DNA of 64,000 bases from Klebsiella pneumoniae (GCA_945876945.1 CAMCQE010000003.1:5446-69445); one strand, 5' to 3'; positions 28,662-39,861 are shown, counted from the stretch's first letter. Numbers and translations: made by a program. Notes: a model not told the origin generated them from the letters alone.

Positions 28662-30574
28662 GCGATGGCCTGAGAGAGCAGGTCGCAGGCTTGCTGGCGC
28701 AAGGGCAAGTGCCCGCTGCACGCGATGCCTTGGCGCAGTGGCGCGCGCAACGGCCCACCTCGGCCGAATCCCTGCACGCCGAGGCCATGCTCGCGATCGC
28801 CGAAGGCCAGCTGCCGCTGGCCGCTGAACGTTTGGAGCAATCGCTGGCGGCCGAGCCGCACAACCCGCAGGCGCATTACCAGTTGGGTCGACTGCTGAAA
28901 GACGCCGGACATCCCGCCGAGGCCTTGGCCTGCTACGACCGCGCAATCGCGCTGGCGCCCGATTTCTGGCAAGCCCATAGCAGTCGCGGCATCGCGGCCC
29001 GTCAGCTGGGGCTCACCACGGAAGCCATTGCGTCCCAGCAGCGCGTGACCGCCTTGCGCCCGCAGGATCCGGCGGCGCAGCTCAATCTCGCCAATGCGCT
29101 GTTGACCGGCAACCGACTTGAGGAATCCGCGGCGGCCTATGCCAAGGCCTTGCAACTCCGCCCGGACGATCCGGCGGCACAGCGTGGATTGCGGGCGACG
29201 AAAGCATTGGGACTGCTGGCGGCGCGCCGCTGGGCCGAGGCACTGGCCGCTTTTGATGAGGCGATGACCCACGAACCGGCGTCGCCCACCATGCTGGTCG
29301 GCGCCGGCGCCGCCTTGCGCAGGCTGGGCTTTGAGGCGCAGGCGGCAGCGCGGTTTGCGCAAGCCGAGGCGCTTACGGTCACTGATGCCGCGACCTGTTG
29401 GATGATCGGCGAGTTTCTGATTGCCGTTGGCGCTTGCGGGCCGCAGGCCAAATGCTGGGTGGATCGCGCCGCGGCGCTGTTAGGGGACACGGCGGGTCCC
29501 GACGTGTACGCCGCCCGTGCCAGCACGAGGGTCAATCTGGGCGAGTTTGCCGAGGCCGACGGCTTGCTGACGCAGGCGCTGGCGGCTTTCCCTGAAGCCG
29601 CCCACCTCCAATGGGTCCAGGCCCTGTCGCGCTTGTGGCAAGACGACTACCGCACCGGGTTTCAGGGCTTCGAGACCCGCTTTGAAGTGGTGTACGCCAA
29701 CGGCTCGGCGGGCAGCAACGGACGCTTGCCGCTGGCGGCGCGGCGCTGGACGGGTGAACCCTTGGCCGGGCGCCACCTCATCGTCTGGGCGGAACAGGGG
29801 CTGGGCGACACCCTGCAGTTCATCCGTTTCCTGCCCGCGCTCATGGTCGCCCATCCGGCGGCGCGGCTAACGGTCCTGGTGCAGGACGCGCTGGTTTCGC
29901 TGCTGAAAGCGAGTTTTCCTCATGACGAGATCTGCGCGCTGTCTACGCTACGCGCCGGCACCCAGGCCGATTTCGAAGTGGCGCTCATGAGCCTGCCGCA
30001 TGTGCTGGGAATGGCGGAGCAGACGCAGCCGTTGCCGTTCCCGTATCTGTTTCCTGCGCCGGCAAAAATCGCCGAGTGGCGCCAGCGTCTTGGTCCGCGG
30101 CAGCGTCTGCGCGCCGGGCTGGTCTGGGCCGGCAACCCCGCGCATCTGCGGGACGCCGAGCGCTCCATTCCTCTGCGCTGTCTGGCGCAATTGGACCACC
30201 CGGACATCGAGTTCCATGCCCTGCAAAAAGCGCACGGTGAGGAGCAGATGGAGGCACTGCCGGCGTTCCCGCTGAGGCGGACTGCGGCGGGCTTCGCCGA
30301 TTTCCACGACACCGCCGCCGCCTTGAGCCAGCTCGATGTGGTCATTACCGTTGATACCTCGGTCGCCCATTTGGCCGGTGCGATGGGCCTTCCCACCTGG
30401 TTGCTGCTGCATGCGCAGGGGGAATGGCGCTGGGGAATGTCGCGTGAGATCTGTCGCTGGTATCCGTCGCTGCGCTTTTTCCGACAGTCTTTGGCCGGGG
30501 ACTGGACTGAGGTCATGGCGCGGGTGGATGTCGCGTTGCGGGAACTGCTCAACCAGTTTACTGTCGAGCCATAA
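28658..30574 (+). CDS. TPR + GT9-like glycosyltransferase, paralogue 3
   Basis: Colinear with paralogues 1 and 2 (YDRAIALAPDFWQAHSSRG, AGLVWAGNPAHLRD, ITVDTSVAHLAGAMGLPTWLLL). ATGA start/stop overlap with paralogue 2. Confidence 0.7.
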   Translation: MSDGLREQVAGLLAQGQVPAARDALAQWRAQRPTSAESLHAEAMLAIAEGQLPLAAERLEQSLAAEPHNPQAHYQLGRLLKDAGHPAEALACYDRAIALAPDFWQAHSSRGIAARQLGLTTEAIASQQRVTALRPQDPAAQLNLANALLTGNRLEESAAAYAKALQLRPDDPAAQRGLRATKALGLLAARRWAEALAAFDEAMTHEPASPTMLVGAGAALRRLGFEAQAAARFAQAEALTVTDAATCWMIGEFLIAVGACGPQAKCWVDRAAALLGDTAGPDVYAARASTRVNLGEFAEADGLLTQALAAFPEAAHLQWVQALSRLWQDDYRTGFQGFETRFEVVYANGSAGSNGRLPLAARRWTGEPLAGRHLIVWAEQGLGDTLQFIRFLPALMVAHPAARLTVLVQDALVSLLKASFPHDEICALSTLRAGTQADFEVALMSLPHVLGMAEQTQPLPFPYLFPAPAKIAEWRQRLGPRQRLRAGLVWAGNPAHLRDAERSIPLRCLAQLDHPDIEFHALQKAHGEEQMEALPAFPLRRTAAGFADFHDTAAALSQLDVVITVDTSVAHLAGAMGLPTWLLLHAQGEWRWGMSREICRWYPSLRFFRQSLAGDWTEVMARVDVALRELLNQFTVEP

Positions 30575-30594
30575 GCTGTTCCAGAAAGGAGCCG

Positions 30595-31956
30595 ATGTTG
30601 CTCCCCCGTGTGTCGAGTCCCTTGCTCGCTGCGACTTTCAGCCTGTTGCTCGGCGCGTGCGCCAGTGTGCCGAAAGGTCGTGGCGTGCCCGAGGTGCGCG
30701 CGCTGACGGCGGCGCGGGGCGCTGAAGTGCCGGTGGCCGAGCAGGTTTCGACGCTGGCGCAACAGGCACTTGCCAAGCCGCTTACCCTGCAGCGCGCGGT
30801 GCAGCTGGCCTTACTCAAGAATCCGCAGGTGCAAACCGAGTTCGCCCGGCTGGGGCTGGCGGCGGCCGATGTCTACGACGCCGGACGCCTCGCCAATCCC
30901 CAGTTCTCGACGGCGGTGATGACCACCGACGCCGCGGGCGGGGTCAATCAGGTGACTTTCGGCATCGGCCAACGAATCAGCGATCTGCTGCTGCTTCCGG
31001 CCCGGCGGCGGCTGGCGAGCGGGGAGTTTGAACGGACGCAGGCCGATGCCGCGCAGGCTATCGTGAATCTCGCTGCCGACGTCGAAGCCGCCTGGTATGC
31101 CGTGCGCGGGGCGGAAGAAATCGCGACGCTGCGAGCCGAACAGGCGCGGGCCGCCACTACGGCGGCGGCACTGTCGCAGCGGCTGTTTGAGGCGGGCAAT
31201 GTGAGCGCCCGCGACCTTGCGCAAGCGCAGGCCGAGGCCAGCGGCGAACAACTCACCGCAGAGGCGCTGGCCAGCGAACTGAAACAGGCGCGGACCCAAC
31301 TGATCTGGCTGATGGGGCTTGGGCCGGAACAGGCGAGCTGGCATACCGAGGGCGATATCGCGCTGCCGGAAGCCGCCGCCCCCGACATCGCTGCGCTCGA
31401 AACCGAAGCCCTCGAAAAACGCCTCGATCTGGCGTCCCGCCGCCGTGCGGTGGCCTTGCTGGAGGACGGGCTGCAGGAAGCGCATCGCTGGCGCTATCTG
31501 GGGGAGGTGTCGGTGGGGGTTGAGACCGAGCGTCAAACCGACCGCTCACGCCTTACCGGCCCGAACCTCGCGATTGAATTACCGGTTTTTAATCACGGCG
31601 ACGGCAAGCTGGCCCGGGCCGAGTCGCAGTTGGCGCTGGCGCAAAGCAGTGTGCGGTCGCTGGAGCTGGAAGTGCGGCGCGACGTGCGTGCTGCCGCCGA
31701 GCGCGTAATCTCCGCCCAGCAACGCGGCAAGGCGCTCGCCGACACCCTGATCCCGGCGCGCGAAGCGGTCTACGCCCGGATAAAGGAAGAGGTGAATTAC
31801 ATGCTGCAAAGCCCGTTTGAATTGATTCGCGCCCGCCAGCAGTGGCTGGAAGCCAGGCAGCAGCAGCTTGAGGCTGCGCGCGATTACTGGTTGGCGCGGG
31901 CATCGCTGTCGCGCGCCCTTGGCGCGCGCCAAGCCGCGCCGGAGACCGCGCCATGA
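30595..31956 (+). CDS. TolC-family outer-membrane efflux lipoprotein
   Basis: Lipobox LLLGAC at the N-terminus; two coiled-coil/OEP-type repeats; 453 aa. AAAGGAG lies 5 nt before the ATG, only 20 nt after the third TPR-GT gene. Confidence 0.75.
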   Translation: MLLPRVSSPLLAATFSLLLGACASVPKGRGVPEVRALTAARGAEVPVAEQVSTLAQQALAKPLTLQRAVQLALLKNPQVQTEFARLGLAAADVYDAGRLANPQFSTAVMTTDAAGGVNQVTFGIGQRISDLLLLPARRRLASGEFERTQADAAQAIVNLAADVEAAWYAVRGAEEIATLRAEQARAATTAAALSQRLFEAGNVSARDLAQAQAEASGEQLTAEALASELKQARTQLIWLMGLGPEQASWHTEGDIALPEAAAPDIAALETEALEKRLDLASRRRAVALLEDGLQEAHRWRYLGEVSVGVETERQTDRSRLTGPNLAIELPVFNHGDGKLARAESQLALAQSSVRSLELEVRRDVRAAAERVISAQQRGKALADTLIPAREAVYARIKEEVNYMLQSPFELIRARQQWLEARQQQLEAARDYWLARASLSRALGARQAAPETAP

Positions 31957-33239
31957 TTTCCCGCCGCGATCTGCTCTCGCTGGGCGCGCTCGGCGGGGCG
32001 GTGGGCTTGTTGGTGCCCGATGCTTCAGGCGCCATAGACGCGGCGACCAGAAGCCGACATCCCTATCGCCCAGTTCATACGCTCAACGGCTGGACGCTGC
32101 CCTATCGTTTGCGCGACGGGGTGAAGGAGTTTCATCTTCTCGCCGAAGAGTTCGAGCATGAATTCGCCCCGGGCTCCCGCGCCAAATGCTGGGGCTATAA
32201 CGGCGGCACGCCGGGGCCCACCATCGAGGCGGTGGAAGGCGACCGCGTACGCATTCTGGTGACCAATCACCTGCCCGAGGCCACCTCTGTGCATTGGCAT
32301 GGCCTGCGTTTGCCGAGCGGCATGGATGGCGTGGCGGGCCTGTCTCATCCCGCCATCGCGCCCGGCGAAACCTTTGCCTATGAGTTCACGCTGCAGGATG
32401 CCGGCTCTCACTTCTATCACCCGCATGCGGACGAAGTGGTGCAGTTGAGCTTTGGCCTGATGGGACTGTTCATCATTCATCCGCGCGACGGCGAGTTGCG
32501 GCGAATTGACCGCGACTACTGTCTGTTGCTCGCCAACTGGGCCCTGCACCCCGGCACCTGGCGACCCGACCCGTCCGTGATGACCGATTTCAATCTCTGG
32601 ACCATGAACAGCAAGGTGTTTCCCGCCATTGCACCGATGGTGGCGCGCACCGGCGAGCGGGTGCGGATTCGTATTGCCAATCTTTCGATGCACGAGCACC
32701 CGGTGCATCTGCACGGCGTGCGCTTTCAGGTGACCGGCGGCGACGGCGGGCGCTGGCCGGAAACGCAGTGGTTAAACGAAGTGACCACGCTGGTGGGGGT
32801 GGGGCAGGTGCGCGACATCGAATTCGAGGCCATCGCCGGCGACTGGGCTTTTCACTGCCACAAAGGCCATCACACCATGAACGCAATGGGCCACGGCATT
32901 CCCAATTTTGTCGGGGCCAATTTGAAGGGGTTGGGCAAGGAACTCCGGGCCGCGCTGCCCGGCTATATGCCGATGGGCGAGACCGGCATGGCAGAACACA
33001 GCAAGCATGTGAACATGGGCATGATGAAAGGTCCGCCCAACACGGCGCCGATGATGGGCGGTGAGGGGCCATTTGGCCCGCTCAATATGGGCGGGATGTT
33101 TACCGTCCTGAAGGTGCGCGACGATCTCGCGGCGGACGATTATCGCGACCCGGGTTGGTATCCCCATCCGGCTGGAACCGTTGCCAAGCGGGTGAGCAGT
33201 GACCCGGATTTCGGTCAACCGCCACGGCGCCCGGCGTAA
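31953..33239 (+). CDS. Multicopper oxidase with Tat signal and Met-rich segment
   Basis: Tat motif SRRDLLSLGA. Copper ligand motifs HWHG, HPHA, HPVHLHG, HCHKGHH. Met-rich stretch MPMGETGMAEHSKHVNMGMMKGPPNTAPMMGG. 4-nt overlap with the TolC-like gene. Confidence 0.8.
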   Translation: MISRRDLLSLGALGGAVGLLVPDASGAIDAATRSRHPYRPVHTLNGWTLPYRLRDGVKEFHLLAEEFEHEFAPGSRAKCWGYNGGTPGPTIEAVEGDRVRILVTNHLPEATSVHWHGLRLPSGMDGVAGLSHPAIAPGETFAYEFTLQDAGSHFYHPHADEVVQLSFGLMGLFIIHPRDGELRRIDRDYCLLLANWALHPGTWRPDPSVMTDFNLWTMNSKVFPAIAPMVARTGERVRIRIANLSMHEHPVHLHGVRFQVTGGDGGRWPETQWLNEVTTLVGVGQVRDIEFEAIAGDWAFHCHKGHHTMNAMGHGIPNFVGANLKGLGKELRAALPGYMPMGETGMAEHSKHVNMGMMKGPPNTAPMMGGEGPFGPLNMGGMFTVLKVRDDLAADDYRDPGWYPHPAGTVAKRVSSDPDFGQPPRRPA

Positions 33240-33300
33240 GTATTTTCATCGCACGCTTGTCACTAAAAAAAATCGCTTAAGCCTCTATACTCCGCGCCGA

Positions 33301-33318
33301 GCGTGCCCCGAGGCACGC
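33301..33318 (+). other. 7-bp GC-rich hairpin (GCGTGCC-CCGA-GGCACGC) in the 130-nt spacer between the MCO and decarboxylase genes
   Basis: Hand-indexed perfect inverted repeat with no following U-tract. It could be an operon-end hairpin or part of the decarboxylase leader. Confidence 0.3.
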
Positions 33319-33369
33319 ACCAACCCTTCATGCCGGCCCGTGCCAGCCCTCCGTCTTACAGGAGCTCCA

Positions 33370-35724
33370 ATGGAATATTCGCGTCGCTTCAAGTTCCTCG
33401 TTTGCGCCCGTAATTTTGAGGGCGATTCCGACCTCGAAGGCGCGCGCCTGAGTCAGATTATTCAGGAGATCGAGCAGGACGGTTATCAGGTGTTGAGAGC
33501 GCGGCGTGATGACGACGCCGAACTGGTGGTGCGCACCGACGCCGCCATCGGCTGCCTGATCGTGGACTGGGGCCGCAAAGGGCTGCAGGGCAAGGCGGCG
33601 CAGCTGATTTCGCTTACCCGCAAACGGGGCCTCGATGTGCCCGTGATCGTGCTGGTGCGCGGTCGCCATCGTCTGGAAGACATCCCGGTGGAAGTGCTCG
33701 ACGACGTCGACGGCTTCATGTTCCTCGCCGAAGAAACGCCGGACTTTATCGCCAAGAATCTGGTCTCGCGCCTGCGGCAATACGCGGAGAGCCTGAAAAC
33801 GCCGTTCTTTGGTGCGCTGGTGGACTATGCGGAGCAGGGCAATATGCTCTGGACCTGCCCGGGTCATAACGGCGGCGTGTTCTATCGACGCAGCCCGATT
33901 GGCCGCATTTTCGTCGAGCATCTGGGCGAAGCGGTGTTTCGCGACGACCTCGATAACTCCGTGCTGCAACTGGGCGACCTGCTCACCCACGAGGGCCCGG
34001 CCGAGCGCGCCGAGCGCGAAGCAGCCACCATCTTCGGTGCCGAGCGCACCTACTTCGTGTTGAACGGCACCTCAACCTCGAACAAGGTGGTGCTGTCGGC
34101 GCTGTTGGCCGAAGGCGATCTGGTGCTGTTCGACCGCAACAACCACAAGGCCGCGCACCACGGGGCTTTATTTCTGGGCGGCGCGGTGCCGGTGTTTGTC
34201 GAGACCGAACGCAACGCCTACGGCTTGATTGGCCCAATGCGCCTCGAGGCGATGGACGAGGAGCGCCTGCGCGAATCGATCCGCGCCAACCCGTGGGTGA
34301 CGGATAAATCGCTGGCCGATCGGCCGCGGCCCTTCCGTGCGGCGGTGGTGGAGCAATGCACCTACGACGGCACCATCTACTCGGCGGAAGAAGTCATTCG
34401 TCGCATCGGTCATTTGTGCGACTACATTCTGTTCGACGAAGCCTGGGCCGGCTTCATGAAATTCCACCCGCTGTTCCGCGGCCGCTTCGGCATGGGCCTG
34501 GGCGATCTGGGCCCGGATAGCCCCGGCATCATCGTCACCCAAAGCACGCATAAGCAGCTGGCCTCGTTCAGTCAGGCCTCCCAGATTCACATCAAGGATT
34601 CGCATCTCGGCGAACAACGTCGTCGGGTGGAGCATCGCCGCTTCAACGAGTTCTTCTTGCTCCACGCCTCGACCAGTCCGTTCTATCCGCTGTTCGCGAG
34701 TCTCGATGTGGGCGCGCAGATGATGAAGGGACGCTCCGGCGAAGTGCTGTGGGACGACACCGTGCGCCTCGGCATTGAGCTGCGCAAAATGATCCGTGCG
34801 ACACATCAGGAGTTCGTGCAGAAAGAAAGCGACCCGGTGCGCCAGTGGTTCTTCGATGTTTTTGTGCCGGATATCGTCGAAGTGCCGGGCCGCAACGGCG
34901 CGATGACGCGGGTGGCCTGGGAAGAAGTGCCGACCGATCTGCTGGCCTCAGATCCCTCGCTGTGGGAGCTGCGCCCGGGCGCGGACTGGCACGGATTCAA
35001 GCACGTGGCGCCGGGTTGGGCGATGACCGACCCCAATAAGCTCATTGTGCTCACGCCCGGCTTTGATACCCAGGGCCGTTATTCCGAGCAAGGCGTGCCG
35101 GCACCGGTGGTCGCTGAATATCTGCGCCAGAATCGAATCGTGTGCGAGAAGAACGATCTCAACTCGCTGCTGTTCTTGCTCACGCCCGGTGTGGAGAGCA
35201 GCAAGGCGGGCACCTTGCTATCGCATCTGGTGACCTTCAAGAAACTCTACGACGACAACGCGCTGCTGGACGACGTCATTCCGGACTTCGTGGCCCGTCG
35301 CCCACAGCGCTACGCCGGCTTGCGGCTGCGTGATCTCTGCGACGAAATGCACGCGCTGTATCGCGATGCGAATGTGAGCGCGCTACAGGGCGCCCAATTC
35401 CGCGCCGAGCATCTGCCCGAAATGGTCATCCTGCCCAGCGTGGCGGTGAAAGAACTGGTGCGCAACAACGTGGACTATCTGCCGCTCGACGAAGTGGAAG
35501 GCCGCATTGCCACCACGCTGTGGGTGGTCTATCCGCCAGGCATCGCCACCATTGTGCCCGGCGAGCGGCTGACGGAGCGTTCGCGCCCGATGGTCGATTA
35601 CCTGCGCACTTTTGAGCGCGCCGCCAATCGCTTCCCGGGCTTCGAGACCGAAGTGCAGGGCTTGCACCGCGAAGTTCAGCCTGACGGTACCGTGCGCTTC
35701 TACACCTATGTGGTGAAAGCATAA
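33370..35724 (+). CDS. Large PLP-dependent Orn/Lys/Arg decarboxylase (wing domain + OKR_DC_1 fold)
   Basis: 785 aa from the ATG at 33370 (AGGAG 6 nt upstream). PLP-lysine motif TQSTHKQLASFSQAS. The N-terminal receiver-like wing is typical of AdiA/LdcC-type enzymes. Substrate cannot be assigned. Confidence 0.85.
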   Translation: MEYSRRFKFLVCARNFEGDSDLEGARLSQIIQEIEQDGYQVLRARRDDDAELVVRTDAAIGCLIVDWGRKGLQGKAAQLISLTRKRGLDVPVIVLVRGRHRLEDIPVEVLDDVDGFMFLAEETPDFIAKNLVSRLRQYAESLKTPFFGALVDYAEQGNMLWTCPGHNGGVFYRRSPIGRIFVEHLGEAVFRDDLDNSVLQLGDLLTHEGPAERAEREAATIFGAERTYFVLNGTSTSNKVVLSALLAEGDLVLFDRNNHKAAHHGALFLGGAVPVFVETERNAYGLIGPMRLEAMDEERLRESIRANPWVTDKSLADRPRPFRAAVVEQCTYDGTIYSAEEVIRRIGHLCDYILFDEAWAGFMKFHPLFRGRFGMGLGDLGPDSPGIIVTQSTHKQLASFSQASQIHIKDSHLGEQRRRVEHRRFNEFFLLHASTSPFYPLFASLDVGAQMMKGRSGEVLWDDTVRLGIELRKMIRATHQEFVQKESDPVRQWFFDVFVPDIVEVPGRNGAMTRVAWEEVPTDLLASDPSLWELRPGADWHGFKHVAPGWAMTDPNKLIVLTPGFDTQGRYSEQGVPAPVVAEYLRQNRIVCEKNDLNSLLFLLTPGVESSKAGTLLSHLVTFKKLYDDNALLDDVIPDFVARRPQRYAGLRLRDLCDEMHALYRDANVSALQGAQFRAEHLPEMVILPSVAVKELVRNNVDYLPLDEVEGRIATTLWVVYPPGIATIVPGERLTERSRPMVDYLRTFERAANRFPGFETEVQGLHREVQPDGTVRFYTYVVKA

Positions 35725-35766
35725 AACCGAGTTCAAACGTCTGATCCAGCAAGAAAGGAATCTCTC

Positions 35767-36774
35767 ATGGCGCTGATTTCCGTCAATCTTCCGTGGCTCG
35801 CGCAGGTGACCGAAGAGATCATCGATCCCACGCGTCGAATCATCGATCCGCACCACCATTTCTTTGTGGCGAGTCACGAATTCCCGCATTACGAACTGGC
35901 CGATCTCCGCGCCGACACCGCCGGGCACCGCGTGCAGAAGACGGTGTATTTGCAGTGCTGGGAAGGCCATCTCGAAGACGGCCCGGAACATCTGCGGCCG
36001 GTCGGCGAGACCGCGTGGGTGGACAGCATTGCCGCTGAAGCCCGTAAGACGCCGGACGCCGTGCAGATTGGCGCCATGATTGGCACCTGCGATTTGCGTC
36101 TGGGTCGCGCGGTGCGCGAAGTGCTGGACGCGCATCGCGCCGCCAGCCCTCTGTTCCGTGGCATTCGCCAGATTGCGGCCTGGGATGCCGACCCGAACCT
36201 CTTCTCCATGCCCGATTTGAGCGGCCCCGATCTCTACCGCGACGCCGCCTTCCGGGAAGGTTTCGCGGTGTTAAGCGAGATGGGCCTGGTGTTCGATGCC
36301 TATCAGTACCACACCCAGCTGCCTTACCTGACCGAGCTCGCGCGCGCATTCCCGCAAACCACGTTCGTGCTGAATCATCTCGCCACGCCGCTGGGCGTAG
36401 GCCCGTATGCCGGGCGCACCGAAGTCATCTACACCGACTGGCAGCGCAATCTGGCCGAGGTGGCGGCCTGCCCCAATGTGGTGATGAAGCTGGGCGGCCT
36501 GATGATGCCCTGGACCGGTTTCGGCTTTGAACTGCGCGCCAAGCCGCCGACTTCAGATGAGCTCGTGGCCGCGCAAGCCCGGCACTATCACGCAGCGATC
36601 GCGCTGTTTGGTGCCTCGCGCTGCATGTTCGAAAGCAACTTCCCGGTCGACAAAACCGGGGTGTCTTACGACGTGCTGTGGAACGCGTTCAAGAAAATCG
36701 CCGCGCGCTACACCGAAGCCGAGCAGGACGCGATGTTCTACGGCACGGCGGCGCGCGTGTACGACGTCAAGTAA
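35767..36774 (+). CDS. Amidohydrolase-2 (metal-dependent TIM-barrel hydrolase/decarboxylase) family protein
   Basis: IIDPHHHF metal-binding start and FVLNHLATP motifs; 335 aa. Confidence 0.75.
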   Translation: MALISVNLPWLAQVTEEIIDPTRRIIDPHHHFFVASHEFPHYELADLRADTAGHRVQKTVYLQCWEGHLEDGPEHLRPVGETAWVDSIAAEARKTPDAVQIGAMIGTCDLRLGRAVREVLDAHRAASPLFRGIRQIAAWDADPNLFSMPDLSGPDLYRDAAFREGFAVLSEMGLVFDAYQYHTQLPYLTELARAFPQTTFVLNHLATPLGVGPYAGRTEVIYTDWQRNLAEVAACPNVVMKLGGLMMPWTGFGFELRAKPPTSDELVAAQARHYHAAIALFGASRCMFESNFPVDKTGVSYDVLWNAFKKIAARYTEAEQDAMFYGTAARVYDVK

Positions 36775-36792
36775 GCACGGAATGCGAAACGC

Positions 36793-37389
36793 ATGCTAAC
36801 GCTCTACAACATGCCGCTGGCGCTCAACTGCTACAAGGTGAGGCTGCTGCTGTCGCTGTTAGGGGTGCCGTATGAGAAGCATCCCATCGACCTCCTCACC
36901 GGCGACCATCAAACGCCGGAGTTCCTCGCGCTCAATCCGTTTGGGCAACTACCCGTGCTGACCGACGGCGCAGTGGTGCTGCGGGATTCGCAGGCGATTC
37001 TGGTGTGGCTGGCGCGCAAGTTTGGCGGCGAGCGCTGGATGCCCACCGAGCCCAATGCCGAAGCACTGGTCAACGCCTGGCTGTCGGCAGCGGCTTTTGA
37101 ACTCCGCCTCGGGCCGTACGATGCGCGCCTCGCCAAGCATTTTCCCTGGCTCGCGATCAATGCGAACACCGTGGTGGAACAGAGCGCGCGGGCTTTGCGC
37201 TTGTTCGAGCAGCGGCTCGCAGGACGCGAGTGGATCGCGCTCGATCACCCGACGGTGGCCGATGTCGCGGCCTATCCGGCGATTGCGCAGGCTGGCGACG
37301 GCGATATTTCGCTGGAAGGCTATCCGGCAGTGCAGGCCTGGGCCGCGCGGATGCAAACCTTGCCGGGTTTTGTGGGACTGCTGGACTAA
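36793..37389 (+). CDS. Glutathione S-transferase
   Basis: Thioredoxin-like N-domain (LNPFGQLPVLTDGAVVLRDSQAILVWLARKF) plus a helical C-domain; 198 aa. Confidence 0.8.
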   Translation: MLTLYNMPLALNCYKVRLLLSLLGVPYEKHPIDLLTGDHQTPEFLALNPFGQLPVLTDGAVVLRDSQAILVWLARKFGGERWMPTEPNAEALVNAWLSAAAFELRLGPYDARLAKHFPWLAINANTVVEQSARALRLFEQRLAGREWIALDHPTVADVAAYPAIAQAGDGDISLEGYPAVQAWAARMQTLPGFVGLLD

Positions 37390-37404
37390 GCCTTAAGCAC
37401 CGGC

Positions 37405-37439
37405 GACGGCCGCCACGTCCCAAAGGCGTGGCGGTCGTC
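37405..37439. terminator. Bidirectional terminator-like hairpin between convergent GST and cupin genes
   Basis: 13-bp arms GACGGCCGCCACG / CGTGGCGGTCGTC (one G-U position) with a 9-nt loop, flanked by CCTTAA/TTAAGG. There is no clean U-tract. Confidence 0.45.
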
Positions 37440-37447
37440 GTTAAGGT

Positions 37448-37900
37448 TTAGACGCTCGCCTTCTGCGCCTCATACAGCGCGGCGAAATCCTCAAAACCAA
37501 TCTTGCCCACGGCCTGACCCGCGTCATCCAGCACGTCGAACATCTCGTCGGCGCCATTCCCGCGCAGGTTGTACATCACGATGCAGTCCACCTCGCCCGC
37601 GCCTTCGCCGTGCGCGCCGCCCGGTGCGCTGAGCGTATAGCTACCGGTAGGGCGCACTTCCTTCAGCGTGCCGTCGAGTTCGTAAATGCGGTGCTCGCCC
37701 TGCATCACGAAAATCCGTGTCTCGGCCAAATGGCGATGCGGGAAGATGACGCCGTTGGCGTGGAACTTAATCAGAAAGTCGACAATCTTGTTCGGGCGGT
37801 CCACCGCCAGCATCGACAGTTCCAGATGCTTGAAATCCCCCAGCGGAAACCAGCGGGTGTTGCGCTGATCGAAAGTGAAATTCGTAGTCGGTGTGTTCAT
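37448..37900 (-). CDS. Cupin-domain protein
   Basis: 150 aa with a beta-barrel-type pattern (FPHRHLAETRIFVMQGEH .. GGAHGEGAG). Confidence 0.6.
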   Translation of the reverse strand: MNTPTTNFTFDQRNTRWFPLGDFKHLELSMLAVDRPNKIVDFLIKFHANGVIFPHRHLAETRIFVMQGEHRIYELDGTLKEVRPTGSYTLSAPGGAHGEGAGEVDCIVMYNLRGNGADEMFDVLDDAGQAVGKIGFEDFAALYEAQKASV

Positions 37901-37949
37901 GAGCAGACTCCTTGCGCGATGGATTGAGCGTTGGCAGTGGTCGACCGGT

Positions 37950-39782
<1,833 letters not shown>

Positions 39783-39861
39783 ATCTAAATCCTGTGTTCG
39801 AGTTGGAGAGTGCGGGGCAGACGGTTAGGCTGGAGGGGATTGTAACCACGGAGGCGGCGCG

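Noticed and set aside
33257-33291. Promoter-like TTGTCA ... TATACT upstream of the decarboxylase gene.
   Set aside because: The spacing between the hexamers is 23 nt by hand count, outside the 16-19 nt sigma-70 range. No alternative -35 or extended -10 is visible.
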